A stretch of DNA of 63,367 nt, counting the filler, from Choristocarpus tenellus KU-1152 (Eukaryota > Protista > Phaeophyceae), in assembly GCA_964200185.2 (NCBI GenBank). It is 12 parts of 12 records of this genome, joined end to end, with 100 filler letters (N's around TTAATTAATTAA, not from the genome) between each part and the next. Parts side by side here need not be neighbours in the genome. Positions count along the whole stretch, not along the records: positions 49,781 to 53,536 come from CAXNAD020018125.1; positions 53,637 to 56,920 come from CAXNAD020021051.1; positions 57,021 to 60,694 come from CAXNAD020018586.1; positions 60,795 to 63,367 come from CAXNAD020026659.1; 8 more parts are not named here. One strand, given 5' to 3'. The translations under genes were made by a program, and so were the position numbers. Numbering within the stretch: position 1 is the stretch's first letter; each line of letters starts with the position of its first letter. Below the pieces are notes generated by a model that had not been told where the DNA came from, did no database searches, and saw nothing but the letters and a program-made list of their open reading frames with translations. Shown here piece after piece: positions 49,945-63,341 of this stretch.

Positions 49945-52900
49945 TCACGAAAAACTCGACTTACCCAGTGGGTACACAGCAGCGAGGCGCTCGTGCGACG
50001 CCTGGTACCGCTGCTCCACCTTCAGGATGACGTCTTTGGGAACGCTCTTGAGCTGGTAGGGTGGTGCATCTTGGAGACGAGGCGGGTGGCCGATGAAGAG
50101 GTCGTGCGGAGGGGCGTTGGGGTCGATAGCAACGTCTCCACCTATATCACTCCATGCGGTGCTGTGCATGTATTGCTTTAAGCTAACCTTAACCCGCCCA
50201 TCATCGCCTTTTTCAACACGAAAAGTCCTGTAGCTCGTGATATTGGGAACACGGTTGACGCGACCGCAAATGAGTCCCTTAAAGTTGTCCTCGTTCCGTA
50301 TGGTCTTCCAGTAGATTGGAACCTCCGTGTAAGAGGCCTGCAGCTCTTCACCCAGCTGTGTTCTTGTGAATATGTTCTTCCCTTTTATACCACGTGAGAA
50401 CCTGAACGTGAAATGCAAGCAAGTTAATTTTGAGGCGGGGGCGAAAGAAACGAAGTGGAGAAGCAAGATATATATGCAGGCACATGCTCTGATGCATGTA
50501 TATGGAAGTATAAATATAAAAAAGGGTGATGCGTACATTTTTTTATTGTTTTGTTTCGAGAGTAGGCTACAAAACAGTTTTGGTAGTTGCTCTTATCGTG
50601 CAATTTTGTTGTGGGGAAATCAAAAGTCAACCAAACAATTGCAGTGTATGACCATAAACCTTCCAGAGACGCAACAAGCGTGAACTGCAAGCCTCAAGGC
50701 AGTATCTGTCAGTGTAAAAACACCATGCGGCTATCGCACTTATATATCTTGCCTAACTACCTGGAGAAGATCTAATCGATTTTGATGTGCGTGTGCCCCA
50801 CCATCATAAAATGTATCTCGACCACGCGAATGACACTCGCCGCGACCAAAAGCCCCGCATATCCGAGAAAGAAATTGTTCTTGTTCTCTGAGACGCAGTT
50901 GTCGACCTGGCCAGTTTGGGGAGTTGGGAGCGAGGGAGGGATAGGCGTGAGGCCGATATGTCAGCCCATTTCACCACGTTTCGTGGAGGAACAGGGCATG
51001 TTTCCAGTACTGCTAGAGCGCAAGCTCTACATCACCGCCATCATACATGCAGGTTGCAACACACAAACCAAAACTAAAGACCGTGCAGTTAGTTACTTGG
51101 TGACCGGTATTCGGCAAGTATGTGTTGAGTAGGTCGTGTCAAGATGAAACTTTCTTACCTGCCAATGCGCGTGCTGGATGATGCAACCCCCCATGTGATC
51201 GAGGTTGTTGTGGTACTCGTCGATAAGTCTTGTGAGGGCAAGTTGGGTGGCTGTGCAGACAAGGTTACAACCTGCACGAACGATGATGTCTGTCGTTAGT
51301 TGGCAAATAGTACTCTGCTTACTTACGCATTGTTTAATTGGAGCTAAAAAGAGGGTAATGGAATGTATTTTTGCGATGTAGAGCACATACACTCGACTAG
51401 CTGATATACATGTCTGTGGGTTTTCCTCCTCGTTGATTTGCTCTTACGCTCCTCTCGCCCTTCCAAAGCTGAGGCGTACGAGGGCAGGGGAGCACAGCGC
51501 ATCATCAGTTAATCGACTGTTCACTAGGCCTGCGGTATCTGTAGGCAACCTATGGCGGGTCCACTCACCATGACGGTAAATCAAGTGGTGCGTGCGCAAC
51601 CAGCATCTATTCAGTCGTGTGATTTTTGAGCCACAACCCACAATACGTACCTCCTCCAAGATTTTGAGGAGTGAAGAACACCTCCGCGAAGTGGCTTTGG
51701 ACGTGTGTGGCCATGATCTTCTGGCACTCGGAGTAGTCCCTGATAAGTAGGACATGAACCAAAGAAACTTGTAAAGAAAGGTGAGCCAAAGTATCTTAGA
51801 GGGTATCGCCGCGTCCATTTTTGGGGTCAAAATCCAATTTTGCGATTTTGATGTAATTTTGGCTATCGAGTTTGATAGGAAGTGTCAACATCTATGTTTT
51901 GGACACACATTTTCATAACGTATACATCTTACCTATTCCTAAACATTTTGGAGTAGGAAAATGTGATAAAAACAACATGGGAAGCCAAGCCCCAAATGGA
52001 CAAACAGGGCAAAACTCATACCCTCTAAGATACTTTCACTCAGAACTCCTGCAGCAGTTGTGACGGCTCAACGTGTTTATGCATTACGTCCACGCATCAA
52101 TAGCTTCACCCCTTTCCACATCGACCTCCTCGAAAACACTTTTTCTGACTTTCTTAGGACGCACAGCGGTCCTTTCAGGTGCTTCGTCTGCAATCAACAT
52201 CCCACGCATCAAAGGATAGCTCTTACAGGTCTGTTGAGACGGTGTTACAGCCACTGAGTGGGTTCATATTTTGGTGAGAGAATGCACGCTTTTTGGATGA
52301 CCAGACGAAAATCGTGGTAAAGGTTGCCATGTGTTATTTTTTTTTATGAGAGAGAAAGGCGTGACGCGGAAGGCTGCGGCCATAGCCTAGTTTTGCACTA
52401 TTGAGTGTATATGGTGGACTTGCGAATGCCTCATATATATGAAGCTCTTCTTTGGGGGGGATATATATGTGAAGATCAACTCATTGATTTGTACCAACGA
52501 GCCCAACCCTCCTACCCAAAGTCTTACCCAAATCAAATTACCCTCTTCTATAGTAGGAATTTCGCAGAGTAATCCTTTGGGGAACGAAATGGTAAACCGT
52601 TGAATTAAACCAGAACGGATTATTGATGATTTCATAAAAGAGTTATCCAATTGAAGCGACCGATATGCATTATCCCAGCCAATCAAAATGCTGCAAAAGC
52701 TGCATTGTACAAGGAGAAGATATACACTGGTTTGGGTAGAAGGTAGATGCGCTTGTTTCCTGGCATATCACACCCTTTCGCTGCCTCAGCCGAAACCCCG
52801 ATCATCAGGCAGAAACAGGGACTATATCGCCATAACAGGACTTCCATGCACGAAGAGGTATCAAGCCAAACTTCACTGTTGTACAGAGACGTTGTCAACC

Positions 52901-53350
52901 GTGTACTGGCAGCCCTTACACCGATGCTTCAACCTGTTTTAAGCCAGAACTCCTTGCCCGATGTCTGTGCTGCCTTAAACACCGAACCTTCCTCCGTTCC
53001 CGGCAAACACGGTACCTCATTCGTTCCCAAAAAGCAAGGCATCAAAACCCGTTGAAGCCATGTAAACATGATTCAAGGTCAACTAAAAAGTGAGCTCTGG
53101 GAGCGAAATGGGAAAAGTGTGTGATTGTTAGTATACTATTTCACCATTGTATTACACGACTTCATTAACACGAAATGAAGTATACAATATAAATGAGGCT
53201 AACGATGTATGTCTGATCAGGATAACATAGCCTAAAGGTTGATGGTGTGTGTTCAGCACACCAATCAAGCTTACGAACGAGGTCTGAGAATATGGGATCA
53301 GCATATAAATCAGCGTAAGGACGAGGCGAGAGGTATATGTGGCCAGCACA
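49945..53350 (-). pseudogene. Intron-containing Sola1/DUF7869-type transposase pseudogene
   Basis: Exon about 50761-50906 reads VDNCVSENKNNFFLGYAGLLV..EIHFMMVGHTHIKID*IFS (DNC..ENKN and GHTH..D motifs, premature TAG). Upstream fragments CDMPGNKRIYLLP and GCNLVCTATQLAL; downstream NITSYRTFRV. Confidence 0.75.
51783..52041 (+). mobile_element. MITE family A inserted in the Sola1-type element
   Basis: Same TIRs and body; flanks aggt/agaa (TSD decayed). Confidence 0.9.
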
Positions 53351-53636
53351 TAGATCTCTAGTATCTTGTATAAAACAGAGGATATATAATAATCTCTTTA
53401 CTGAACGATAAGTTACAACACGATGGCCATGCATGATATACAGACTATGCAAAGGAGTATGATAACAGTAAACACGAATTCTCAAGTCACCGACACGAGG
53501 GACAAGAATTTTACTGGTTATCCAATCCATTTACTGNNNNNNNNNNNNNNNNNNNNNNNNNNNNNNNNNNNNNNNNNNNNTTAATTAATTAANNNNNNNN
53601 NNNNNNNNNNNNNNNNNNNNNNNNNNNNNNNNNNNN

Positions 53637-53674
53637 CCCTCACAAACCACCCCCCTCCCCCAGATACTTTGACC
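53637..53674. mobile_element. MITE family B end abutting the Sola2 transposase C-terminus
   Basis: ccctcacaaaccacccc...agatactttgacc. Confidence 0.8.
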
Positions 53675-53685
53675 TGCCACCTGCA

Positions 53686-56356
53686 TTAGGCCAGGTTGCC
53701 GATGGAACAGTTCGTGCAGTAGCACGAAAGTTCAGTGTATATCAATGTACGGGAGTTTCCGGTGGTGAGCCGACCAGCGAAGAACCTGTGCATGGACTTG
53801 ATTCCACTCAGGTTTGGGACACGTGGGTCATGTCGTCCCGCACGGTCGATCTTGTAAGACGGAAGGTGGACTATCTCCTGTGTGCGGAACGTGTCAAAGT
53901 ATAGAAGTTTCGTATACATGTTACTGTGCTGTCTGCCGTCCCTGTCCGTCCAATCCTAAGGGTTGTGGTGATTATGCGATTAAGGGGAGGGGTGGTGGGT
54001 GTTGGAGTCACTGTCGGCACTGAGGCATTGTGCTGTGACCGATTCGATGTGATGGCATTTTGTCTTTGGGATGATATGTGCTACCTATTCCTGTAACAAG
54101 GGTTTGGTAATGACAGATGGCAGCGTGTGATGAAACTCAAAACTTGGAGTTTTGAGTTAGTTTGCCGATTGGAAGACTTCTGAAAATTAGAGGGCGATGG
54201 TTGCAAGTGTGCACAGACTTTGTGCGGTCAATTAAGAAGTGCATATGTGCCATTAGCATGTGATTCATGGTGTCGGCATGAAGGGAAGGCGCAGATGTGA
54301 CATAATGGGTAAACGATATCTATTGCGTGTTTAGTGTATGGATTATCAACGGGCGGGAGGGTGCAGACTGATGCGAGTGGCAAGCAGGGATCAAATTATT
54401 GTGGATGGGGAAAATCATGCACTTAGTATATTTGGTATATATTCAACAAGCGATGGGTATATGGTCGACGTTGACACTGGAAAGAAAACAAGAACTCGGA
54501 ATTTTGCGTGAGTTTACCGATTGGCAGACTTATACAAAATAGGCGGCGATAGTTGTAAATGTGTACACACTATCTGTGCAGTCATTTGATAAGTGCGTAT
54601 GTGTTATCTTGACGCTGCCGGTCGTGTTGACGTGAAGGGAGTGACGGATGTGACACAAGTTCGAACGGTACATATTGAGTGTTTGTTGCATAGGTAGGCA
54701 AGGGGTGTACGTGTTGGGGGTTGTCGCCAGTAGTGGCAAACAGAGGCCGAACTTGTGAGTGGGGGGGGGTCGTCATGTGGAGTGTGCCTACCTTTGTGAT
54801 GATTGTCTGTCCAGGAGGAACCTTATGACCTTCGCTGTAGCGCCACTCTTCCTCTGGTGTCGGATCCCTCAAGGTGTATTGAGTTTTGGTTTCCTTGATT
54901 GTGTATCAACTAGGGATGATGAGGTTCCTGGCATGCGCACCCCATGTAGTTCCAATCTCCTGGCAGCAGACTTCACCACGGCCCCGAATCCATCAGACAA
55001 GGACTTGCTGTGACAGGAGGCAAAGAAGTTGTGTACTATGGAAATTCCCATCCGCGCTAAAGACTGAGAAACCCACCACATCTGCCATCTGTTCTTGAAC
55101 TGGCTCCCGCAGCTGTCAGACCAGAGATGTGGAGGACCTCTAGGGTCTGTCCGTATTCACTGACTAGAGGTATTAGGTGGTCTTTCACAAGCATCTCCAC
55201 GGTATTCTGGACGAACTCGTTGTCCTGGCTTCGATCTTCACTACACACCGTCATGCTGCGAGTCCAAACCCTTCCCTTCCCAAGATTTCCCTCTTCTCTG
55301 AGTCCCTCAACCACCAGACAATGGTCAGAAGCGCCATAAGGAATAGATTGAAGAACTCTTGTTGCGTCAAGTCTTGGTGGTTGTGTTGCAGGTGGGCGCT
55401 GAAGTCCATGGAGATGGCGGCGTGTCCTTTGGGGAGTCGGGATTTGCAGTGTTTGTATTGTTGCGCCTGCCAAATGGTGGTGTTGTGATGAAGGAAGAAG
55501 CTCTTGTTGAAGTTTGCAAATATTACTTTTAGGAGTGTAGGGAGTCCCTCCGTCCTTGGGAACAGCACCTGTATCGAATGGGCTAGGCGTTCGAGTTTCG
55601 AGCGTTGTTGCTGGTGATAGGTCGTGGTGATTCAGGCTTTGTTGTGGTGTAATTGATTGTGTTTGGTGCTGTGGGAGGGAGTACCTGCTCGTTGTTCGAC
55701 AAACACGCCGTGACACATTCAATGTACACTGTAATTATTACTTGAAGGAAACTGTTGCTCACCTTTCGCCTCCAGCTGTGTTTGTCCGTAGACCCTGTGG
55801 CGTCTTCATCATCGTTCTCCTCGGTCCTGCTCCTCCTCAAGTCGGGGGCGGACTCTCTCCCACCATGCACTTAGCGCTAATCAAATTGTCAGCCATGAGA
55901 TTGTCCGCCCTCAGCTCTGCATATTTTGCCTTGATCATCTGGATCATATCATCTTTGGTGATCCTGCCGGGGTTGGCGATGCCAAGCCTAGAGGGCAGCG
56001 CCTGTGTGGCAGTGTAGACGGACATAGAGATTTATTGCAGCATGGGTATGTGGTCTGGATGTGAACATGGGGATATGGTGGATTGGTAGGGTAGGTTGCT
56101 GTGTCGGTCCTTGACCCGGTGTGAGGGTGGAACCGGACAGGTTTGCACAATGTTGTGAAGGTGTTGTTCGGGGGAAGGAGCTTGCACAATGTTTGGTCAC
56201 GAATTGTTCCATGGAGTATGGCCGTGTTGGATGACACTCCACTTTGAAAGCATGGAGAAGGGTGTGTTCGATACATCGAGAACCAAACCCGCCCCAATTA
56301 GAATATTGTCCTGAAAAGGTGTGCATCGCGTATGCGGTCACAAATGCAAGCAGCAT
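53686..56356 (-). pseudogene. Sola2-type DDD transposase, frameshifted and probably intron-containing
   Basis: Ordered motifs ISMDFSAH..Q...Q (about 55410), SEDRSQD..FV, WSDSCGSQFKNR (about 55120), HNFFASCHSKSLSDGFGAVVK (about 55000), and LSGIKSMH..LSCYCTNC (about 53800-53715). Confidence 0.8.
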
Positions 56357-56724
56357 CTAAAGGTTATGAAAACGTACCATGAAGCATGTAAGACGAAGTG
56401 ATTGGGGGTAGTTTATCAAACGGTAGAGTGTGTGTTTTGATCTGATTTTTTGGGGGGAAGTAGTTGACAAATGCATGGTGGGTGTCGCCCCAGACAATAT
56501 TGGCATATGTATGTACTACAATTGACGAGTTCTGTCAAACGGTAAACTAATGCTTACCCTGGGTTTTGTGGTGGAAGGGATACTGAACGTTTCATGGGAT
56601 GTCGGTAAATACATATCCCCACATGCACATACCATCGTATGCGCCCCTTTCTCTATAGGGGATATGAGATCGCGATTGAGTTTTGTGGAAAGTTGAGGAT
56701 GACGGTTTGGAGGCGTGCAGTTTC

Positions 56725-56882
56725 AAAGAGGTTGGTACTTGGACAGCCGCAACTTTTGCCATACTTTGTCATAAGGTAAAGTATGGCGAAAATGATATGA
56801 GGCATGTGGCTTGAAAAAAGTTGGTATAAGGACCGCCGCAACTTTTGCCACACTTTGTCGTAGGACAAAGTACGGCAAAAAT
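56725..56882. repeat. Two tandem units (89-bp period), each containing a hairpin
   Basis: ttttgccatactttgtc-ataa-ggtaaagtatggcgaaaa (56754-56792) and ttttgccacactttgtc-gtag-gacaaagtacggcaaaa (56843-56880). Confidence 0.85.
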
Positions 56883-56883
56883 G

Positions 56884-56920
56884 GGGTCAAAGTATCTGGG
56901 GGGGGGGTGGTTAGTGAGGG
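56884..56920. mobile_element. MITE family B end, truncated by a gap
   Basis: gggtcaaagtatctgggggggggtggttagtgaggg. Confidence 0.8.
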
Positions 56921-57020
56921 NNNNNNNNNNNNNNNNNNNNNNNNNNNNNNNNNNNNNNNNNNNNTTAATTAATTAANNNNNNNNNNNNNNNNNNNNNNNN
57001 NNNNNNNNNNNNNNNNNNNN

Positions 57021-57115
57021 CGGATGGATAAGGTAAGTGCAGTTCTCCTAGTGAGGGCCCAAATGGACCCCCTGTTGTAGCCCCCCCCCCCCCACCCCCC
57101 AAGATACTCTGAGCC
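57021..57115 (-). mobile_element. MITE family C end, truncated by a gap
   Basis: agggcccaaatggac...aagatactctgagcc. Confidence 0.82.
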
Positions 57116-58827
57116 TAAATCCCAATCTATTCCCACCCTTAGAATGTTGCATTGCAGGATATTGTCGTGATGGTGCCATGCTCAGACAGTGGACAGGTTG
57201 TACGTCAGGGAGACACTGAGTCGGCTTGCGGCAAAGTGGGGTGCTCACAGCATCTCACTCTTATCTACCTATAATATACAAGAGACCAGCCTGGGGTGAG
57301 CATCTCAATGGACCATCTGGGCTGATGAAGAAAGAAAACCTCATGGTGAAAGGGAGGAAACTGAGTATTCAGTAACAAGGAGTTGATAGTATACACTAAA
57401 ATAGTATATTCTCTTCCTCCTTTGACCTTGCACAGTTTCTGGTTGATGGGCCCCCCTTGGCCAACCCTAGGAGAAACCAAAGTGTCAAGATAAAAAAAGA
57501 GAAAACGAAGACCACTTTATTTATCAGCACCCTGTCTCAACTATAGGCTATCACTGACCTCTTTTGTTTTGGTGTGCAGATTGAAGTTGCAGCTGTTATT
57601 CAGTATACTCTAATACCCAAACCTAGACTTAACACACTGTTCCATAAACCAAATTTCAATTATAACGCTTTTGTGTTGTTCCCCATCCCTATCGTCATGA
57701 TGTTGTGGTACCACTGCCCCATTGAACCACTAGTATTTGTTTTGTATTATTCCATCATAGATGGTTCTTATCATATTTTTATGGGCAGGGATAGTCTGAC
57801 CTGGGTCAGAGTTGCTATTTTGTTGTAACTGGACTAGCTAATACTATGACTACTGTCTGTGCTACCTTTGTACATGACCCTGCTTATTCTGTGTTGGGTT
57901 CTTCAGTCTTCCCACCGCTTGATGCTCCACCCTCTGCTTTCTCAAATATTTGGTGCCTGCTCACCACCTGGTGATGGCGTGTATTCCTCCATGATAAATC
58001 TCGACATGTATGTGTTCTTTCTACAATCCTGCAATTGTTCATCAAAAATCAGTACCATCCAATGTACTGTATTGATCAAAATAGAATAGTTGGTATTTCT
58101 TTCTACTTGAGTCATGAAAACATTATTTTGTAAAATGAAGATATATCTTATCTCAACCAAATATTGATGATATGGAAAGCCAACCATACAGATGAGTTAG
58201 TCAGCTGGCTCATGGAATGGTTAGGGTGTGAAAGGGGTCCTTGGCAGTCTAGTAGCACAACCACATATAGGTGAAAACCGAAGAATATTTCAGCAAGGTG
58301 TGACAATTATAATCAATAGCAAGCAAAATATTGAAAGGCAGATGGTTGGGCTCTCATGAGCAAGTGGGATATCGACATCATCTGTGGTCTCATGATTCAT
58401 CCTTTTTCAGAGGGGAATGTCAATTCCCTCTAGAGTATTTTAGGGATATTGAACCTTCTGCCTGATACATCATTCCCATGCCTGAAATGCAGCTAAACTC
58501 CCCTTAGGAAGCCGTGAATGCCCAAGGAAACTGAATGACCATCAAGACAAGTACGAAATCACCTTCCAGAGTTCAAGAGACAAATAAAACAGAAGGCAAT
58601 CTCAAGGACCCCAAATACTCAAGGTCATCTCCCTCTAAGATAGCGTTATGATCATCTGAGACTTGAACTCATCCAGCACAACTTTGCCAAGTTTTGCTGG
58701 ATTCTAACCGTTAATTGATCTATGAGGAGGATGCTCCCAGCCCCTGTACCTGGCCATAAATGTGGTGGGTGGTGTAGTTTCCTCAAAAGGTGTTAAGAAC
58801 TATAGCTCTTCCTCGCTATTCTACCAG

Positions 58828-59006
58828 GGCTCAAAGTATCTCGAGGGGGGGGGGGGTCTACACCAGGGTGTCCATTTGGGCCCTGACCAGGAGAACTGCA
58901 CTCACCTTATCCATCCAACGCATGCAACCAAATCACCCAAAAATCGCAACATGGAAAAATGGGTCCCAAATGGACAGCTGCCACCTCCCACCATATACTT
59001 TGAGCC
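58828..59006 (+). mobile_element. MITE family C, full copy (179 bp)
   Basis: ggctcaaagtatc...atactttgagcc; flanks ccag/tcag. Confidence 0.9.
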
Positions 59007-60894
59007 TCAGCTGCCACCACCAATTAAAGGTTAGTTGACAGATAGCAATCAACATTATAGGCAAAACTAGGGTGCCAAGGGGAATATCGTTACCAAAAGC
59101 AACATTTCATACATCCATACACATCAAACAAACTACAGGTCAAGGATAGACAATAGGACAATTACATTCACCATGCAGTAACCTCCTCCCCCAGCAATGT
59201 TAGCATTGTCTTTCAATGATGTAGAGGTAATATTTTGCCCCACATGAAGGCACTTCCACCGCTCCAGGGCCCTTCCCATACGGAAGAGGTTGCCACCTAG
59301 AAAAAAAACAATTATACCCAGGAGGCTCATGCAAAACACACATCCTCCTCACACAGTGTCTTACATGTGACATTACCCATGTTTCCGTGGGGGTCTCAAT
59401 TCAAAGAGAGAAGGAATTGATAGGTAGATATATAGCACAAAAATAACCTCCATAGATACATCAAGCCAGTGTAGTAAGAGCCACGCAAGTGCGGTCTGGG
59501 GGAGACGGTCTACATAGCAAAACGTTGTAGAAAAGAAGAGGAAAAAACGTTTACTGAACAAGAAATAGTAGGGCTACGGTGAGTGTCGGCAAAAGGCAAA
59601 AGCCCGAGATAAATGCAGGTATAATTGGAAAGGCATTGCTAGACAGACATACTTACAGTCTTGCCAACCACGGTTTTCCTACTTTCTTGGTGGCAATACC
59701 TGTTTTTTTGCACAATTTTTTTTGCGGTCACTTGATGCAAAATCATCGACCCCAACCAACATTTCTCATGTCGGACTTGCGTAGAACCTTGGAGACATGC
59801 TGCAATTTAGGTTTGTATGTATGTAGACATCAAGACACAGATCATATGAACTTGAGGTGTTCCAAAGCCATTGTTGTCCACATTGGGGAGGGCTGGTACA
59901 AATATATCCTGGGGGTGGACAAGTGAGTTGAATTGAAGGGGGATGGACACACACACACACATACACATACACACATCAGATGCCAACTGTAACATAGGCA
60001 TTGTGAAGATAGAGCAACACTACAGCGTTGTTGTACTCCATCCATGTTGCATGCAGAGGTGTGGTCTTGGAATGGATGGTGACCTCAGGCAGCACTAGGA
60101 TAGGAGGGGGTTATGCAGTCGAACATTTTGCCATGTGAAGCTCTCTCTTCAGAATTTGTTTAGGAGTGTGCTGCTACAATATGTAACCCTCACCCTCAAA
60201 ATAAGAATAAAATATGAAACTCTAGATAGGCTGAAAAAAATAGGGGACTATTGAAGGAGGAACCCAATGCCAGTGAGGTCGACGAGATTACTTAATAGTG
60301 CTTACGAAAAAGTCTACAAAGGAAAATGGCAGGGAAAGGATGAGGAAATTAATACCCTTGATTAGAGAACCTTGGGCAGGCATTTTTTTTTGTGTGTAGG
60401 CTGCTGAACATTTTAGTATTCGGCCAAATGTTTCTTTTACAGCATCTAGCTTTTCTTCAGTATTTCTTCTGCGAGCAAGGGCGAGAAGGTTCTGGATGCG
60501 GAATTTTTCACCCACTTAACGACAACTCACAAAGTCAACCCTGCCAGCTGGAGAAAAAATGTTCTGATTTCTCCTTACAGGTGTGAAAAGTGACTGATAG
60601 AGGTCTAGTGGAAACAATAACCAAAAGGTTATCGTGGGATTGCATTGTGACACTTGGTGATATCAGTAGTTTGTTTTACCTATTCCCCCCCCCCNNNNNN
60701 NNNNNNNNNNNNNNNNNNNNNNNNNNNNNNNNNNNNNNTTAATTAATTAANNNNNNNNNNNNNNNNNNNNNNNNNNNNNNNNNNNNNNNNNNNNGTAGTA
60801 CAATATTTGATAGTGGTGAAGTAACTGATTAGTGGTTTCCACGGATTGTCTTATAGTATTCTTGTGCTGAGGACATTTTATATACAAATATGTA

Positions 60895-61490
60895 TATAGT
60901 TTTCATTGGTTTTGCCCTGACATATCTGCAAAATGTCGAGGGCATAATAATATAATACAATAGATGAATATCTTACTCGATGCGTGATTGGGGATTCCGA
61001 CATGTATCCTACTACATCTGACGTTCTTTTTTCGCATGAAGGAAGGATATATGGGAAACAGTAGTCAAACACCTTTATAATGAAACAATATTCCAAAGTA
61101 GACGAAGGATAAGTGGAATTAAAGAGCCAACGTAATCTCGACAGAGAGACAGTCGTTTATATACTCTTTTGAGTGATGTGTGAACTATATATGTATGTAT
61201 GGGTTCGATTTCTTGTATTGGACGATAACGGGAGGTTGCGATGACGTCGTCGGCCTATGAATGCCTTGGTGGCGTCCAATCCTGCCACAAGATGTTTGCC
61301 TCACTTATTCCCATCAGAGAACTACCTGAGCATTTATCTTCCGAAAAACTGTGTGTGGCTGAGATGGTTATAGGATATGTTTGAAAGAATACATCTGCAA
61401 AATGTCCGAGGGCATAATAATATAATACATATATAGATCTTCTGCATCATCAAAAAATAAATAAAGGTTGGTTTGACGTTTGATGACACA
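60895..61490 (+). repeat. Dispersed AT-rich repeat shared with positions 55-200
   Basis: tttcattggtttt...tgcaaaatgtcg.ggcataataat at about 107-170, 60901-60965 and 61391-61435. Confidence 0.7.
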
Positions 61491-63341
61491 GGTATTTTCA
61501 TGCAAGGTGGGCAGGGATGAAACCTGATTGGTTCGAGGCACGACATGGGGTGCAATACGTAACGGATGCAGATAGGGTTGTTGTTCATATGTGTGTTATG
61601 TTAGGATTTGAACCAAACCATATTACATCATCCGTAATCGTATATACCTCATATACGTATATAGGTACGACATACGTGTAGCTGGGAGGTGAGAAGGAGG
61701 TGCACAGAAATCGGGACAGGAATCAACCGCCCCGTGGACAGCCCTCCATCCGGACCTGCGGCTAAGAGCCAAGCGTTCCTCTCCTTCCCAACAGGTCTCA
61801 GCTGCCCGCTTTGCAACACGCCAACATCGACCTACTGCAAAGGGCAAACACGAAAGGCTTCCCAATTGCTGGATTTAAGGATGTCAAAAGCATCAATCAA
61901 CAAGTGAGTTTGACGGCACGCATGTGCGCAGTCCTTCCAGACCATCCAACACAATCGTGAACACGAAAATTTTCGTTCCCCGCTATCAGTTGGCACTATC
62001 GCAGAGAGTTGAATGATTTGCCTGATGAACCTCCCTATCATCCATCCAATTACAACACGCCGATTCGTGTGCAATTCGGAGCATCCAGTTTCGATCCTTC
62101 GTATTCTCCCCATCCTATACGGTTACTCTTGTACACATGTACACACCGTTTGAACACTGGCTGATACCTCCTGGTCCGACCGACGTTTGGAGGCTAAGAC
62201 TGTACGACCTGTGCACTACTTACGATTTTGCCACCAAGCCTTTACCCCTAGCCATTAGGCAATACATTCACAACATGTTACGTGAAACATGTTGATCACC
62301 ATACATGCCAATCTTCAGTGGATTTTCCGTGAGATTGAGCGATTGATTTTCAGTAGTATTTGCTATGACCGTGTCGTCGTACAAATATCGGAATGCCGAC
62401 ATATTTTCTCAGAGGCTTAGTGAACACCGGAATTTACTCATACCCTACACACGGTAGGGTCTGTTTGCGGTGTTACGACCCAACCATACCCCCATATTTC
62501 TTCTCCTAACCATACTCTATACAACACCATCTTTGCCGTTGAGATCCGCAACAAACGCATGGCTCATTAAGCCTAATAACGACTGCACATGAAACCGTGG
62601 AGGCACCTTCTAGAGCACACACGCACGCACGCAAGCACACATCATTACACAACCTATCCTGGTGGAACATTTCATTGCACCAGCAAACCCTACACATGAC
62701 TCTAACGTTGTTGACGTTACACCCCTTATTTGGAGAGCATGCTCCTTTACACATCTTGTGAAAGAATGAGGCATACTCTTGCAGCCTAGCCCACATGTAC
62801 ACTCTCAAGAAGACCACGCATGTCAACAAACTCATAAAGTCCCTATTGTTTTGAAGGTATGAGACCAAATATGGCCGCGTCCCTGTTATTGTCGATGATG
62901 CCAGCCACCACATGTGCACCACTCTACCCCCTTCTCCTCACTAATTCCGAAGTGGTTGTCAATATTGTCAAAGTTTATGAAAACAGTGTTTAATAGATCT
63001 CTTCCTATACGTCCATCATGGAGTTGCACATTTCTCATTAATTTCGACGATCCCATGTCCCTGGCACATAGGTTGATCAACTAATCACATTCTTGTTCGA
63101 AAAAGTTGTAGGTCTGCAAAGCTTTCCAATCTCTTCTTTTAGAACAGGTCGGATACCCCTCTCAAACATAGTCCGTAATATTCGTTGCCCTAACTCCCAT
63201 GCCGGTTTTTACCTAAATCTACATAAATAGTCACACCTTCCACTGCAGCCAAACGTCATCCGTAAATGCGGCGTTTCACTACCTACGTTATTAAATTTTT
63301 GCCCTTTCAATGAGTAACCCTTTCTTCCAGATATTGGACCT

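Noticed and set aside
3031-52041. Recurring ORFs with PTPKHFGVGK / YPLRYF / LVPSKIL peptides as a gene family
   Set aside because: Chance translations of MITE family A; frames are not conserved between copies
53637-56920. The two family B ends as the TIRs of the Sola2 element
   Set aside because: Both face outward into the gaps, so they are ends of separate MITE copies
57130-63100. Host genes in the last two contigs
   Set aside because: Only short, stop-ridden fragments; no consistent exon chain or recognisable domain
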